Shown here: positions 32,651 through 43,105 of the stretch, piece after piece
How positions within the stretch are numbered: the first letter of the stretch is position 1
Layout: every line of letters begins with the position of its first letter
Assembly (NCBI RefSeq): GCF_013167455.1
Contig: NZ_CP038328.1
Length of the DNA: 64,000 nucleotides
Strand: one strand, 5' to 3'
DNA from: Escherichia coli O157:H7
GTDB lineage: Bacteria > Pseudomonadota > Gammaproteobacteria > Enterobacterales > Enterobacteriaceae
Position numbers and translations under genes: made by a program
The notes under the pieces: model-generated
Database searches by the model: none
Told to the model about the DNA's origin: nothing
What the model saw: only the letters and a program-made list of their open reading frames with translations

Positions 32651-33903
32651 CAGGCGTGCAGACGACGATGCAAACGCGTCCCGACCAGCAGAGCAATGAC
32701 CAGCATCAGAGCAATAAATGCGCCGACGCCGTTCCAGCCATAGTTATGCCAGAAAACACCACCCAGCGTCCCGGCAATACTCGACCCCAGATAGTAACTG
32801 AACAGATACAGCGAGGAGGCCTGGCCTTTAGCGCGTTTTGCGCGGGGGCCGATCCAGCTGCTGGCAACTGAGTGGGCTGCGAAGAATCCTGCTGAGAAGA
32901 GTAACATTCCGGCAAAGATCAGCCACAGCGAGCTGAATAAGGTCATCAGTAAACCAAACAGCATAACCCCCGTCGAAAACAACATCACTGGACCACGCCC
33001 ATAGCGGGTGGTCATGGTTCCGGCTTTGGGTGAGCTCCATGTACCGGTCAAATAAGCCAGCGATAATAAGCCAACCACGGCCTGACTGACATGCCAGGGG
33101 GAGAGCATCAACCGATAGCCGATGTAATTAAACAGCGTGACGAACGACCCCATCAGCAAAAAGCCTTCTGCGAACAATAACGGTAATCCCCGGTCACGCC
33201 AGTGCAGACGAAAGTTGATAAACAACGACTTAGGTCGCAGCGAAGTCGGGCGAAAATGGCGTGATTCCGGGAGGATTTTCCAGAACATCAACGCCGAGGC
33301 TAGCGCGAAACAACCGATAGCCGCCAGAGCAATTCGCCAGTTGAAAAAGTCCGTGAAGACACCACTAATTAAGCGTCCGCTCATGCCGCCAATTGAGTTG
33401 CCGCTGATATACAACCCCATCGAAAAGGCCACGAAACTGGGGTGGATTTCCTCGCTAAGATAAGTCATGCCAACAGCTGCCACGCCACTTAACGAAAGCC
33501 CAATCAAGGCGCGCATAATCAAAATGCCGTGCCAGCTGGTCATCATTGTCGAAAGTAACGTACAAATGGAGGCCAATAGTAGCGCCGTTACCATCACTGG
33601 TTTGCGACCAATGGCATCGGATAGGGGGCCAGTAAACAGCAAACCAATAGCCAACATCGCCGTGGAAATGGACAGTGAAATACTACTGTTCGCGGGCGTT
33701 AAGCCAAACTCCTGCGAAAGCACCGGAAGGATAGGTTGCACACAATAGAGAAGTGCAAATGTTGCCAGTCCGGCAGAGAACAGCGCCAGGGTGACGCGCA
33801 TAAATTGCGGCGTACCGCGTTTAATAAATTGATTTGGCTGAGAAATGCTTTGCTTGTCAGTGTCGCTTGCCGGAGCGCCATCAACAGTTGTAGTACGGCT
33901 CAC
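32650..33903 (-). CDS. ynfM: MFS transporter
   Basis: 417-aa 12-TM ORF. Confidence 0.88.
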   Translation of the reverse strand: MSRTTTVDGAPASDTDKQSISQPNQFIKRGTPQFMRVTLALFSAGLATFALLYCVQPILPVLSQEFGLTPANSSISLSISTAMLAIGLLFTGPLSDAIGRKPVMVTALLLASICTLLSTMMTSWHGILIMRALIGLSLSGVAAVGMTYLSEEIHPSFVAFSMGLYISGNSIGGMSGRLISGVFTDFFNWRIALAAIGCFALASALMFWKILPESRHFRPTSLRPKSLFINFRLHWRDRGLPLLFAEGFLLMGSFVTLFNYIGYRLMLSPWHVSQAVVGLLSLAYLTGTWSSPKAGTMTTRYGRGPVMLFSTGVMLFGLLMTLFSSLWLIFAGMLLFSAGFFAAHSVASSWIGPRAKRAKGQASSLYLFSYYLGSSIAGTLGGVFWHNYGWNGVGAFIALMLVIALLVGTRLHRRLHA

Positions 33904-34009
33904 TTGAAATCCTTGCTAAATATGCCTGTGGATCAGGCTTATACATAGGTTAGGAAAATCGAATTGTTCTGTCTAATATATTAATAATCTCAAATAAGAT
34001 GTTTTAAAT

Positions 34010-34903
34010 ATGAATATTGAACTTCGTCATCTGCGTTACTTTGTTGCTGTTGCGGAAGAGCTGCATTTCGGGCGCGCCGCTGCCCGCCTGAATATTTCGC
34101 AACCGCCGCTAAGTCAGCAGATTCAGGCGCTGGAGCAACAAATTGGTGCCCGACTGCTGGCACGAACCAATCGCAGTGTATTGCTGACGGCAGCAGGAAA
34201 ACAGTTTCTTGCAGATAGTCGGCAAATCCTGTCTATGGTGGATGACGCTGCCGCTCGCGCTGAAAGACTGCATCAGGGTGAAGCGGGGGAGTTGCGCATT
34301 GGTTTTACTTCGTCGGCTCCTTTTATTCGGGCGGTGTCCGATACGTTATCGCTGTTTCGCCGAGATTATCCCGATGTCCATTTACAAACCCGCGAAATGA
34401 ACACTCGCGAGCAAATCGCTCCGCTCATTGAAGGAACGCTGGATATGGGATTGCTGCGTAACACAGCGTTACCGGAGACGCTTGAACACGCAGTCATCGT
34501 CCATGAACCGCTTATGGCGATGATCCCGCACGATCATCCCCTGGCAAATAACCCGAATGTAACGCTGGCTGAACTGGCGAAAGAACCCTTTGTCTTTTTT
34601 GATCCGCACGTCGGGACAGGGCTGTATGACGATATTCTCGGGCTGATGCGACGTTACCATTTGACGCCCGTCATCACTCAGGAGGTGGGCGAGGCAATGA
34701 CCATCATCGGTCTGGTTTCCGCCGGTCTGGGTGTTTCAATTTTGCCTGCGTCATTTAAACGTGTTCAGCTCAACGAAATGCGCTGGGTGCCGATTGCTGA
34801 AGAGGATGCGGTTTCTGAAATGTGGTTGGTCTGGCCGAAACATCATGAACAAAGTCCAGCTGCGCGTAACTTTCGTATTCATCTGCTGAATGCTCTCAGG
34901 TGA
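34010..34903 (+). CDS. ynfL: LysR-family transcriptional regulator
   Basis: 297-aa ORF with N-terminal HTH (LRHLRYFVAVAEELHFGRAA), divergent from ynfM. Confidence 0.88.
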   Translation: MNIELRHLRYFVAVAEELHFGRAAARLNISQPPLSQQIQALEQQIGARLLARTNRSVLLTAAGKQFLADSRQILSMVDDAAARAERLHQGEAGELRIGFTSSAPFIRAVSDTLSLFRRDYPDVHLQTREMNTREQIAPLIEGTLDMGLLRNTALPETLEHAVIVHEPLMAMIPHDHPLANNPNVTLAELAKEPFVFFDPHVGTGLYDDILGLMRRYHLTPVITQEVGEAMTIIGLVSAGLGVSILPASFKRVQLNEMRWVPIAEEDAVSEMWLVWPKHHEQSPAARNFRIHLLNALR

Positions 34904-35037
34904 GGGAAATTTCAGCGAAAAAGCCCGAAAAATGTGCTGTTAATCACATGCCTAAGTAAAAATTTGACGACACGTATTGAAGTGCTTCACCATAGCCTAC
35001 AGATTATTTCGGAGCGCGAAAATATAGGGAGTATGCG

Positions 35038-36258
35038 GTGGTTGCTGAAAACCAGCCTGGGCACATTGATCAAATAAAGCAGACCAACGCGGGCGCGGTT
35101 TATCGCCTGATTGATCAGCTTGGTCCAGTCTCGCGTATCGATCTTTCCCGTCTGGCGCAGCTGGCTCCTGCCAGTATCACTAAAATTGTCCGTGAGATGC
35201 TCGAAGCACACCTGGTGCAAGAGCTGGAAATCAAAGAAGCGGGGAACCGTGGCCGTCCGGCGGTGGGGCTGGTGGTTGAAACTGAAGCCTGGCACTATCT
35301 TTCTCTGCGCATTAGTCGCGGGGAGATTTTCCTTGCTCTGCGCGATCTGAGCAGCAAACTGGTGGTGGAAGAGTCGCAGGAACTGGCGTTAAAAGATGAC
35401 TCGCCATTGCTGGATCGTATCATTTCCCATATCGATCAGTTTTTTATCCGCCACCAGAAAAAACTTGAGCGTCTAACTTCGATTGCCATAACCCTGCCGG
35501 GAATTATTGATACGGAAAATGGCATTGTACATCGCATGCCGTTCTACGAGGATGTAAAAGAGATGCCGCTCGGCGAGGCTCTGGAGCAGCATACCGGCGT
35601 TCCGGTTTATATTCAGCATGATATCAGCGCATGGACGATGGCAGAGGCCTTGTTTGGTGCCTCACGCGGGGCGCGCGATGTGATTCAGGTGGTTATCGAT
35701 CACAACGTGGGGGCGGGCGTCATTACCGATGGTCATCTGCTACACGCAGGCAGCAGTAGCCTCGTGGAAATAGGTCACACACAGGTAGACCCATATGGTA
35801 AACGCTGTTATTGCGGGAACCACGGCTGCCTCGAAACCATCGCCAGTGTGGACAGTATTCTTGAGCTGGCACAGCTGCGTCTCAATCAATCCATGAGCTC
35901 GATGTTACATGGGCAACCGTTAACCGTGGACTCATTGTGTCAGGCGGCATTGCGCGGCGATCTGCTGGCAAAAGACATCATTACCGGGGTGGGCGCGCAT
36001 GTAGGACGCATTCTTGCCATCATGGTGAATTTATTTAACCCACAAAAAATACTGATTGGCTCACCGTTAAGTAAAGCGGCAGATATCCTCTTCCCGGTCA
36101 TCTCAGATAGCATCCGTCAGCAGGCCCTTCCTGCGTATAGTCAGCACATTAGCGTTGAGAGTACTCAGTTTTCTAACCAGGGCACGATGGCAGGGGCTGC
36201 GCTGGTAAAAGACGCGATGTATAACGGTTCTTTGTTGATTCGTCTGTTGCAGGGTTAA
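35038..36258 (+). CDS. mlc: ROK-family global repressor of PTS genes (Mlc)
   Basis: 406-aa ORF, GTG start, ROK zinc motif (CYCGNHGCLE). Confidence 0.92.
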   Translation: MVAENQPGHIDQIKQTNAGAVYRLIDQLGPVSRIDLSRLAQLAPASITKIVREMLEAHLVQELEIKEAGNRGRPAVGLVVETEAWHYLSLRISRGEIFLALRDLSSKLVVEESQELALKDDSPLLDRIISHIDQFFIRHQKKLERLTSIAITLPGIIDTENGIVHRMPFYEDVKEMPLGEALEQHTGVPVYIQHDISAWTMAEALFGASRGARDVIQVVIDHNVGAGVITDGHLLHAGSSSLVEIGHTQVDPYGKRCYCGNHGCLETIASVDSILELAQLRLNQSMSSMLHGQPLTVDSLCQAALRGDLLAKDIITGVGAHVGRILAIMVNLFNPQKILIGSPLSKAADILFPVISDSIRQQALPAYSQHISVESTQFSNQGTMAGAALVKDAMYNGSLLIRLLQG

Positions 36259-36382
36259 CATTTTTTAACTGTTCTACCAAAATTTGCGCTATCTCAATTT
36301 GGGCCAGGAAAGCATAACTTAGACTTTCAAGGTTAATTATTTTCCTGGTTTATATTTGTGAAGCATAACGGTGGAGTTAGTG

Positions 36383-37078
36383 ATGCTGAAGCGTTTCTTT
36401 ATTACCGGTACAGACACTTCTGTAGGGAAAACGGTGGTTTCCCGCGCATTGCTACAAGCGTTAGCCTCCCAGGGAAAAACGGTTGCGGGATATAAACCCG
36501 TAGCGAAGGGGAGCAAAGAGACACCCGAAGGGCTGCGTAATAAAGATGCCCTGGTGTTGCAGAGTGTTTCAACCATCGAACTGCCTTATGAAGCAGTTAA
36601 TCCTATCGCGTTAAGCGAAGAAGAAAGTAGCGTGGCGCACAGTTGCCCAATCAATTACACCCTCATTTCAAACGGCCTGGCAAACCTGACCGAAAAAGTC
36701 GATCATGTCGTGGTAGAAGGGACTGGCGGCTGGCGTAGTCTGATGAATGATTTGCGTCCACTCTCTGAATGGGTGGTGCAGGAACAACTGCCGGTGTTGA
36801 TGGTTGTCGGTATTCAGGAAGGTTGCATTAACCATGCACTGCTAACAGCTCAGGCGATTGCCAACGACGGGCTGCCGCTCATTGGCTGGGTGGCTAACCG
36901 AATCAACCCAGGACTGGCGCATTATGCGGAAATCATTGATGTGCTCGGTAAAAAACTTCCGGCACCGCTCATTGGTGAACTGCCTTATCTGCCGCGCGCC
37001 GAACAGCGTGAACTGGGGCAATACATCCGCTTAGCTATGCTGCGCAGTGTGCTGGCGGTAGATAGAGTCACGGTGTAA
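36383..37078 (+). CDS. ynfK: Dethiobiotin synthetase paralogue
   Basis: Start at ATG 36383 ([18 protein letters not shown]-loop), 231 aa. Confidence 0.85.
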
Positions 37079-38287
37079 CGTCCGCGAGATTACCGACGCA
37101 ATTACGCAGGCAATCAATAAACCGGGGAGTAGCTGATACTCCCCGGTCATTTCACATATCATCAACGTCGACATAATCGGCGCGTGCGTGGTTGCCGCCA
37201 ACAGTGTCGCCATCCCGGTCAATCCGAGTAAAAGCGTAATTTCTTCGCCATCAGGGAACCATAATCCCAGACTACGACCATACAACATGCCAATGGCAAG
37301 ACCGATAAATAGCGTCGGTGTAAAGACACCACCGGGTGCGCCGGAACCGCTACTCGCCAGCACGGCACACAGTTTACAAAGGAAGATCCCGGCAATGATC
37401 ATTAACAGTGGCGGGGCGGTTAAAAAGGATTGTACGGTGCTATAGCCGTTGCCCCACACTGCAGGTGTGAACAGGGAAAGCAGACCCACGATCAACCCGC
37501 CTAGTGCCAGTTGCCAGGGCGGCGCAAGTTTGAGACTCACAAATCCACGATGACAGGCGTTCATTAACGTTAACAACAGTGGTCCGCACAGACCTGCCAG
37601 CACACCTGTACTGATAATCAGCGCATAGTCACGAGCCTGAACCGTCACTGAGAGTTGTACGCTGTAGAGTAACGCGTCGCTATGATTAATCAGATTGCTA
37701 ACCAGCAATGCCACGACGGCGGAAATAATCACCGGGCCGAGAGAGGCCAACATCATAGTGCCAAACAGCACTTCGGCTATAAATAAACTGCCAGCAAGCG
37801 GGGCACGATAGGCCGCAGCCATTCCCGCCGCGGCCCCACAGGCGATCCATAATTTCCACTCCTGGCGTGGCGTAAAACGTTGGGCAAAACAGGAGGCGGC
37901 AAGGGCAGCTAAAAGAATCATCGCACCTTCGCGACCAATTGCACTGCCGCTGGTTACTACCAGCAGAGAGGCAAGCGATTTAACCAGGCTTGCTGCGTAA
38001 TCAAACTGACCATCGGTTTGCAACGCTTCCATGTAATCGGTCGGCGCATGAGGGCGTTGCTGGGTAAATTTCTGCCAGCCCATCAACAACAAACCCGCCG
38101 CCAGTCCGCCGAGCGCCGGAGTTAGCAGCCGTCGCCAGGGGGAAAGGTTTGTCGCTGCATTGACCAGACTGCCGGAGTCATTATTGAGGAACAACCACTC
38201 CAGTAGCAGCATCGCATGACGAAACCCGGCAACGGCAAAGGCCGCGAGAATACCGACGACTGTTGCGATAAGCAGACGGCGGAACAT
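37031..38287 (-). CDS. clcB: ClC-family voltage-gated chloride channel
   Basis: Start at ATG 38287 ([12 protein letters not shown]...), 418 aa, GSGIP/GREG-type motifs; 3' end overlaps ynfK 3' end by 48 nt. Confidence 0.85.
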   Translation of the reverse strand: MFRRLLIATVVGILAAFAVAGFRHAMLLLEWLFLNNDSGSLVNAATNLSPWRRLLTPALGGLAAGLLLMGWQKFTQQRPHAPTDYMEALQTDGQFDYAASLVKSLASLLVVTSGSAIGREGAMILLAALAASCFAQRFTPRQEWKLWIACGAAAGMAAAYRAPLAGSLFIAEVLFGTMMLASLGPVIISAVVALLVSNLINHSDALLYSVQLSVTVQARDYALIISTGVLAGLCGPLLLTLMNACHRGFVSLKLAPPWQLALGGLIVGLLSLFTPAVWGNGYSTVQSFLTAPPLLMIIAGIFLCKLCAVLASSGSGAPGGVFTPTLFIGLAIGMLYGRSLGLWFPDGEEITLLLGLTGMATLLAATTHAPIMSTLMICEMTGEYQLLPGLLIACVIASVISRTLHRDSIYRQHTAQHS

Positions 38288-38480
38288 AGTGCGCAGATCC
38301 GGATAGGTGTGTAGATGATGCATGAGCAGAAATGGGCAATGAAACACGGGCGACTATTTTGCGGCAAAAGAGGCCAGCTGCAAAAGCAGTGCGTGCTTTA
38401 AGAGACAAAAAACGTGACACTGTAACGTATTGTTGCCGAATCGCGCGTAATCGTCACCATCCGGCAATATTACGGTGATC

Positions 38481-39095
38481 CTATCGAAAGAGTGGTTTAA
38501 CCGCGACAGGAATTAACAGTTGTGATTGCCATTGCGCCAGCGTTAAGCGAGCCAGTTCACCCAGTGCACGGTAGAAAGGGTGTTCTGCTTTTTCGATAAA
38601 AACGTCAAGAAAACGTGTTGACCAGGGAAAAAGGTGCCATGCCAGCAATTCTTCGCATTCTGTCTGGCGACCATTCTCCGCCAACCACGCAGCCATCAAC
38701 AGCAGTGAACCAAAATGATCTTCCGGTTCGTTTTGCTTCATTTCAAACTGAATGCCTTTCTCGCGCATCCACTGACGAAGTGCCAATGTTGAATCGCCAA
38801 ACAGCACAGATTCGCGATCCAGCCAGACCGACCCCCACGGCGGAGACGGCAGTGCCCACGGGCCGACAAACAAACGCTGCCAGGCCTGGGCGTGAGTCTC
38901 TTCACACTGTGTCTGAAAAGCCGTCACCAGCGGCGCTAATGACGCTTCTGGTAGAGGCCACTGAGTTTCCCAGCCGTCACTGGTGAGTACCGCAACCAGA
39001 GGTGCGGCTTCAGCACTCTCTGGAGCGTAATAAAACAGCGCGCCCAACACGCGCGCCGCGACAGAAAAATTATCTTGCTGTGAAAAATGGGTCAT
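38481..39095 (-). CDS. dmsD: Tat proofreading chaperone for DMSO reductase-type enzymes
   Basis: Start at ATG 39095 (MTHFSQQDNF...), 204 aa. Confidence 0.9.
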   Translation of the reverse strand: MTHFSQQDNFSVAARVLGALFYYAPESAEAAPLVAVLTSDGWETQWPLPEASLAPLVTAFQTQCEETHAQAWQRLFVGPWALPSPPWGSVWLDRESVLFGDSTLALRQWMREKGIQFEMKQNEPEDHFGSLLLMAAWLAENGRQTECEELLAWHLFPWSTRFLDVFIEKAEHPFYRALGELARLTLAQWQSQLLIPVAVKPLFR

Positions 39096-39137
39096 TCCTA
39101 ACATCCTGAAATGTGCGGGTTGCCCCGCACCAATTTG

Positions 39138-39992
39138 TTAACCTGCAATAGCCATTCCTACCGTCATGTGCAGGCCATAAAAGAGCACACGCCCGATCAT
39201 CTCACCGCCAAGAATGAGGATTAACCCCAGAATAAGTCCGGCAACGTGAGGTTCACGGCGACGTATGAGCGGACAAAGCCAGCATCCTAGACCTGCGCAT
39301 AACAATACCACACGCCAGACCTGTAAGGAGGCGTAATCTGGTACCAGTGCGCTGGCTTGTTGCACGGATGAGTGAATAGACGACAGAGACAAACCTTGCA
39401 GCACAATCACCCCGGCGCAAGCGATCAGCGCCAGAACGCTAATGATGGCAAATGGTGTGGTATTAAATGTAACGCGGGCTGCCCGCAGAATTGCGGCAGC
39501 AAGTATTGGACCACTCAACAATACCGTCACGAAGAAAGCCAGCGTAGTGTAACCGTTATGCCAGGTTGGCACAGTGTCGATTTGATACACGCAGGTCATC
39601 ATCCAGACGAAAATGACGCCGAGCGCCATGCTGACAAGTAACCAGAGTTTCCCCAACGCTTGCGGCATTTTACCGATGACCGCCACCAGCCACCATAGTC
39701 CGCCAACGGCAAAAAATATGGAACCGGCAGCAATCTCGTTACTCAGACCAGAAGCTCCGATTCGATTCAGCGAGTTAAACGCCCGCAGTGGCGATCCCAG
39801 GTGCATGACAGAGGCAATAAACCCGATGCCCATCAACAGCCAGAGGAAAAACATGCCACGAACAATGTGCTGACGGTCTGCGTCAGTTTTGGCGGCGAAC
39901 CAGCCAATTCCGCTAACAATCAGCGCGCCTACTACGCATTGACCCAATACGGTAAAGATAACCAGTGGCCATTCATGCCATCCATTTCCCAT
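39138..39992 (-). CDS. ynfH: DmsC-type membrane anchor subunit
   Basis: Start at ATG 39992 (MGNGWHEWPLV...), 284 aa, 8 TM; the ORF-track upstream extension overlaps ynfG and is rejected. Confidence 0.88.
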   Translation of the reverse strand: MGNGWHEWPLVIFTVLGQCVVGALIVSGIGWFAAKTDADRQHIVRGMFFLWLLMGIGFIASVMHLGSPLRAFNSLNRIGASGLSNEIAAGSIFFAVGGLWWLVAVIGKMPQALGKLWLLVSMALGVIFVWMMTCVYQIDTVPTWHNGYTTLAFFVTVLLSGPILAAAILRAARVTFNTTPFAIISVLALIACAGVIVLQGLSLSSIHSSVQQASALVPDYASLQVWRVVLLCAGLGCWLCPLIRRREPHVAGLILGLILILGGEMIGRVLFYGLHMTVGMAIAG

Positions 39993-39993
39993 T

Positions 39994-40611
39994 TTACACT
40001 TCCTCCGGATTAGCCAGATAACCAGTGGTATCGCCGGTCGGGCGGCTGTTGGCGTTAGGTTTGATAACGATATTGGGTTTTGTGAAATGCGCGCGCGGCA
40101 GTGGCGCGACGGCAGCAAGAGTGCCGTGCTTCTGGCGCAGCTCTTCAATTGGACCGAACTCAAGTGCACGCAGCGGGCAGGATTCGACACATATGGGTTG
40201 TTTCCCCTCGGCGACGCGCGAATAACAACCATCGCACTTCGTCATGTGCCCTTTTTCAGCATTGTACTGTGGCGCGCCGTACGGACAAGCCATGTGGCAG
40301 TAGCGGCAGCCGATACAAACATCTTCATCAACCACCACAAAGCCATCTTCACGCTTATGCATTGCGCCGCTGGGGCAGACTTTTGTACATGCGGGGTCAT
40401 CGCAATGGTTACAGGAGATGGAGAGATAATAAGCGAACACGTTCTGGTGCCAGACGCCATTATCTTCCTGCCAGTCGCCGCCAGCATATTCATAAATACG
40501 GCGGAAACTGACTTCCGGGCCAAGATCTTTAAAATCTTTGCACGCCAGTTCGCAGGTTTTACAGCCAGTACAGCGGCTGGAATCGATAAAAAATCCATAT
40601 TGTGTGGTCAT
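39994..40611 (-). CDS. ynfG: DmsB-type 4x[4Fe-4S] ferredoxin subunit
   Basis: 205-aa ORF with four CxxCxxCxxxCP clusters. Confidence 0.92.
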   Translation of the reverse strand: MTTQYGFFIDSSRCTGCKTCELACKDFKDLGPEVSFRRIYEYAGGDWQEDNGVWHQNVFAYYLSISCNHCDDPACTKVCPSGAMHKREDGFVVVDEDVCIGCRYCHMACPYGAPQYNAEKGHMTKCDGCYSRVAEGKQPICVESCPLRALEFGPIEELRQKHGTLAAVAPLPRAHFTKPNIVIKPNANSRPTGDTTGYLANPEEV

Positions 40612-40621
40612 GGGCTACTCC

Positions 40622-43048
40622 TTAAACCTTTTCGATCTGGACAAGATTGCTGTGCGACGGGTTTCCCTTTGCCAGCGGTGAAGGGCGGTGAGAGGTCAGA
40701 ATATTGATACTGCCGCCGTGATCGACCCGGTCACCAAACATATCCGCTTTAAGCCACGCACCTTGCCCGATGGCGGTAACGCCAGGCAGAATACGCGGAG
40801 TCACTTTTGCGGCAATCAGCATTTCTCCATTATTGTTAAATACCCGCACGGTATCGCCATGACGGATACCGCGAGCCTGAGCATCAATGGGGTTGATCCA
40901 CACCTCTTGTGGGCAGGCCTGCTGTAACACATCAATATTGCCGTAGCTGGAGTGGGTACGCGCTTTGTAGTGGAAGCCCGTTAACTGCAGTGGATAGGTT
41001 TTCCGCAGGGGATCGTCCCAGCCATCAAAACCTGGGGTATACGCAGGAAGGGGATGAATAATTTCATCTTTTTTCAATTCCCAGGTATCTGCAATCTTCG
41101 CCAGTCGTTCAGAATAAATTTCGATTTTCCCCGAAGGTGTTTTCAACGGGTTTGCCTGTGGATCTTCACGGAATGCGCGGAAAGCGACGTAGTGTTCTTC
41201 CGGGCATTTTTTCTTAAAGATCCCGGTCGTTTTCATCTCCTCGTAGTCGGGCATCTCAGGGTTACGTTCCTTCGTTTTCGCATGGAGATATTTGATCCAT
41301 TCATGCTGACTGCGACCTTCAGTAAAGGTTTGATAAACGTCCGGTCCTAAGCGTTTGGCGACTTCACTCAGCATCCAGTAGATGGGTTTGCGTTCAAATT
41401 TTGCTGAGGTTGCGGGTTGGGCGAGGATCACATAGCCCATATTCCCTGCAGATTCATGAGAGATAAGGTCTTCTTGCTCTGTTGGCATCAGGTCGGGCAA
41501 CAGGATATCGCAATACTTAGCCGAGGCCGTCATGAAGTGGTCAATGCCAACAATCATCTCGCACTTGCTGTCATCCTGAAGCACCTCATTGGTGTGATTG
41601 ATGTCGCCATGTTGATTGATCAATGTGTTACTGGCGTAGCACCATAAAAACTTGATGGGGACATCCAGTTTTTCTTTTCCACGAACACCATCACGGGTCG
41701 CGGTCATTTCCGTACCATGGTCGATGGCATCTGTCCATGTAAAGACGGAAATCTGCGTTTTAACAGGATTCTCGAGCATCGGGAACCATTCTACCCCCAG
41801 ATCCCAGCTACCTTCGCGTACACCTGAGTTGCCGCCGTTTATGCCGACGTTACCGGTGAGAACGGAAAGCATGGCAATAGCGCGGGATGTTTGCTCGCCG
41901 TTGGAATGTCGTTGTGGCCCCCAACCCTGACAAATATAAGCAGGTTTTGCTGAACCGATCTCTCGTGCCAACTGGATAATTTTTTCTGCCGGGATGCTGG
42001 TGATTTTTGCTGCCCATTCCGGCGTTTTAGCTATGCCGTCAGGCCCTTCGCCCAGAATATAGGCTTTATAATGCGCGTTACGTGGTGCGTTGGCGGGCAG
42101 CGTTTTTTCATCGTAACCAACACAATATTTGTCGAGAAATGGCTGATCGACCATGTTTTCACTAATCAGTACCCAGGCAATCGCACAGGCCAGTGCGCCA
42201 TCGGTGCCAGGGCGAATGGGCAGCCATTCATCTTCACGCCCGGCAGCTGTGTCGTTATAACGTGGATCGATGACGATCATGCGTGCGTTTGAACGTTCGC
42301 GGGCTTGCTCGACGTAGTAAGTGACACCACCACCGCTCATCCGCGTTTCTGCCGGGTTATTTCCGAACATAACGACCAGTTTCGTATTGGCGATATCATC
42401 CGGGCTGTTGCCATCATTGGCACCGAACATATAACTCATTGCGGCACTGATCTGTGCGGTACTGTAGCTGCCATAGCGACTGAGAAAACCACCGCAAGAG
42501 TTCATCAGACGGTACGGGACGTTTGAGTTGGTGATGTTTCCGCCATCTACGCCTGTTCCGTACAGGACATGTACAGCCTCATTGCCGTAATCTTTCAGGA
42601 TCCGCCGAAGATTATCACTGATGGTATCCAGGGCTTCGTCCCAACTTATCCGTTCAAATTTACCTTCACCGCGCTTGCCGACGCGCTTCATGGGATATTT
42701 CAACCTATCAGGATGATTCATCCGTCGGCGGATAGAGCGCCCGCGTAAACACGCACGAACCTGATGATTACCGTAGACGTCGTCACCTGTCGTATCAGAC
42801 TCCACCCAGTACACGGTGTCATCTTTCACATGCAAACGTAACAGACAGCGGCTCCCGCAGTTAACGGTGCAGGAACTCCAGACCGCTTTCTCTTCTACCG
42901 GTGCCTCTGCCGCTCGGACCATTTGGGAAAATGGCAGAGTGAAAGCACTGCTTGCCAGCGCAAGACTGCCAAGTGCGGAGGTTTTCATCAGACTTCTACG
43001 GCTGATTTCAGCCTTCATGAGCGCCTCTGTGGTATGGATTTTCATCAT
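40622..43048 (-). CDS. ynfF: Mo-bisMGD oxidoreductase catalytic subunit, DmsA paralogue, Tat signal
   Basis: 808-aa ORF, twin-arginine motif SRRSLMK, molybdopterin oxidoreductase domains. Confidence 0.92.
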   Translation of the reverse strand: MMKIHTTEALMKAEISRRSLMKTSALGSLALASSAFTLPFSQMVRAAEAPVEEKAVWSSCTVNCGSRCLLRLHVKDDTVYWVESDTTGDDVYGNHQVRACLRGRSIRRRMNHPDRLKYPMKRVGKRGEGKFERISWDEALDTISDNLRRILKDYGNEAVHVLYGTGVDGGNITNSNVPYRLMNSCGGFLSRYGSYSTAQISAAMSYMFGANDGNSPDDIANTKLVVMFGNNPAETRMSGGGVTYYVEQARERSNARMIVIDPRYNDTAAGREDEWLPIRPGTDGALACAIAWVLISENMVDQPFLDKYCVGYDEKTLPANAPRNAHYKAYILGEGPDGIAKTPEWAAKITSIPAEKIIQLAREIGSAKPAYICQGWGPQRHSNGEQTSRAIAMLSVLTGNVGINGGNSGVREGSWDLGVEWFPMLENPVKTQISVFTWTDAIDHGTEMTATRDGVRGKEKLDVPIKFLWCYASNTLINQHGDINHTNEVLQDDSKCEMIVGIDHFMTASAKYCDILLPDLMPTEQEDLISHESAGNMGYVILAQPATSAKFERKPIYWMLSEVAKRLGPDVYQTFTEGRSQHEWIKYLHAKTKERNPEMPDYEEMKTTGIFKKKCPEEHYVAFRAFREDPQANPLKTPSGKIEIYSERLAKIADTWELKKDEIIHPLPAYTPGFDGWDDPLRKTYPLQLTGFHYKARTHSSYGNIDVLQQACPQEVWINPIDAQARGIRHGDTVRVFNNNGEMLIAAKVTPRILPGVTAIGQGAWLKADMFGDRVDHGGSINILTSHRPSPLAKGNPSHSNLVQIEKV

Positions 43049-43105
43049 TACTCACTTATTGCTTTTCAAACAAAATGTCATGCCAGAATTTATGGTTGTA
43101 GTGGG

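Noticed and set aside
39138..40232. 364-aa extended ynfH ORF
   Set aside because: The first 80 codons overlap the ynfG coding region in another frame; start moved to ATG 39992, directly after the ynfG stop.
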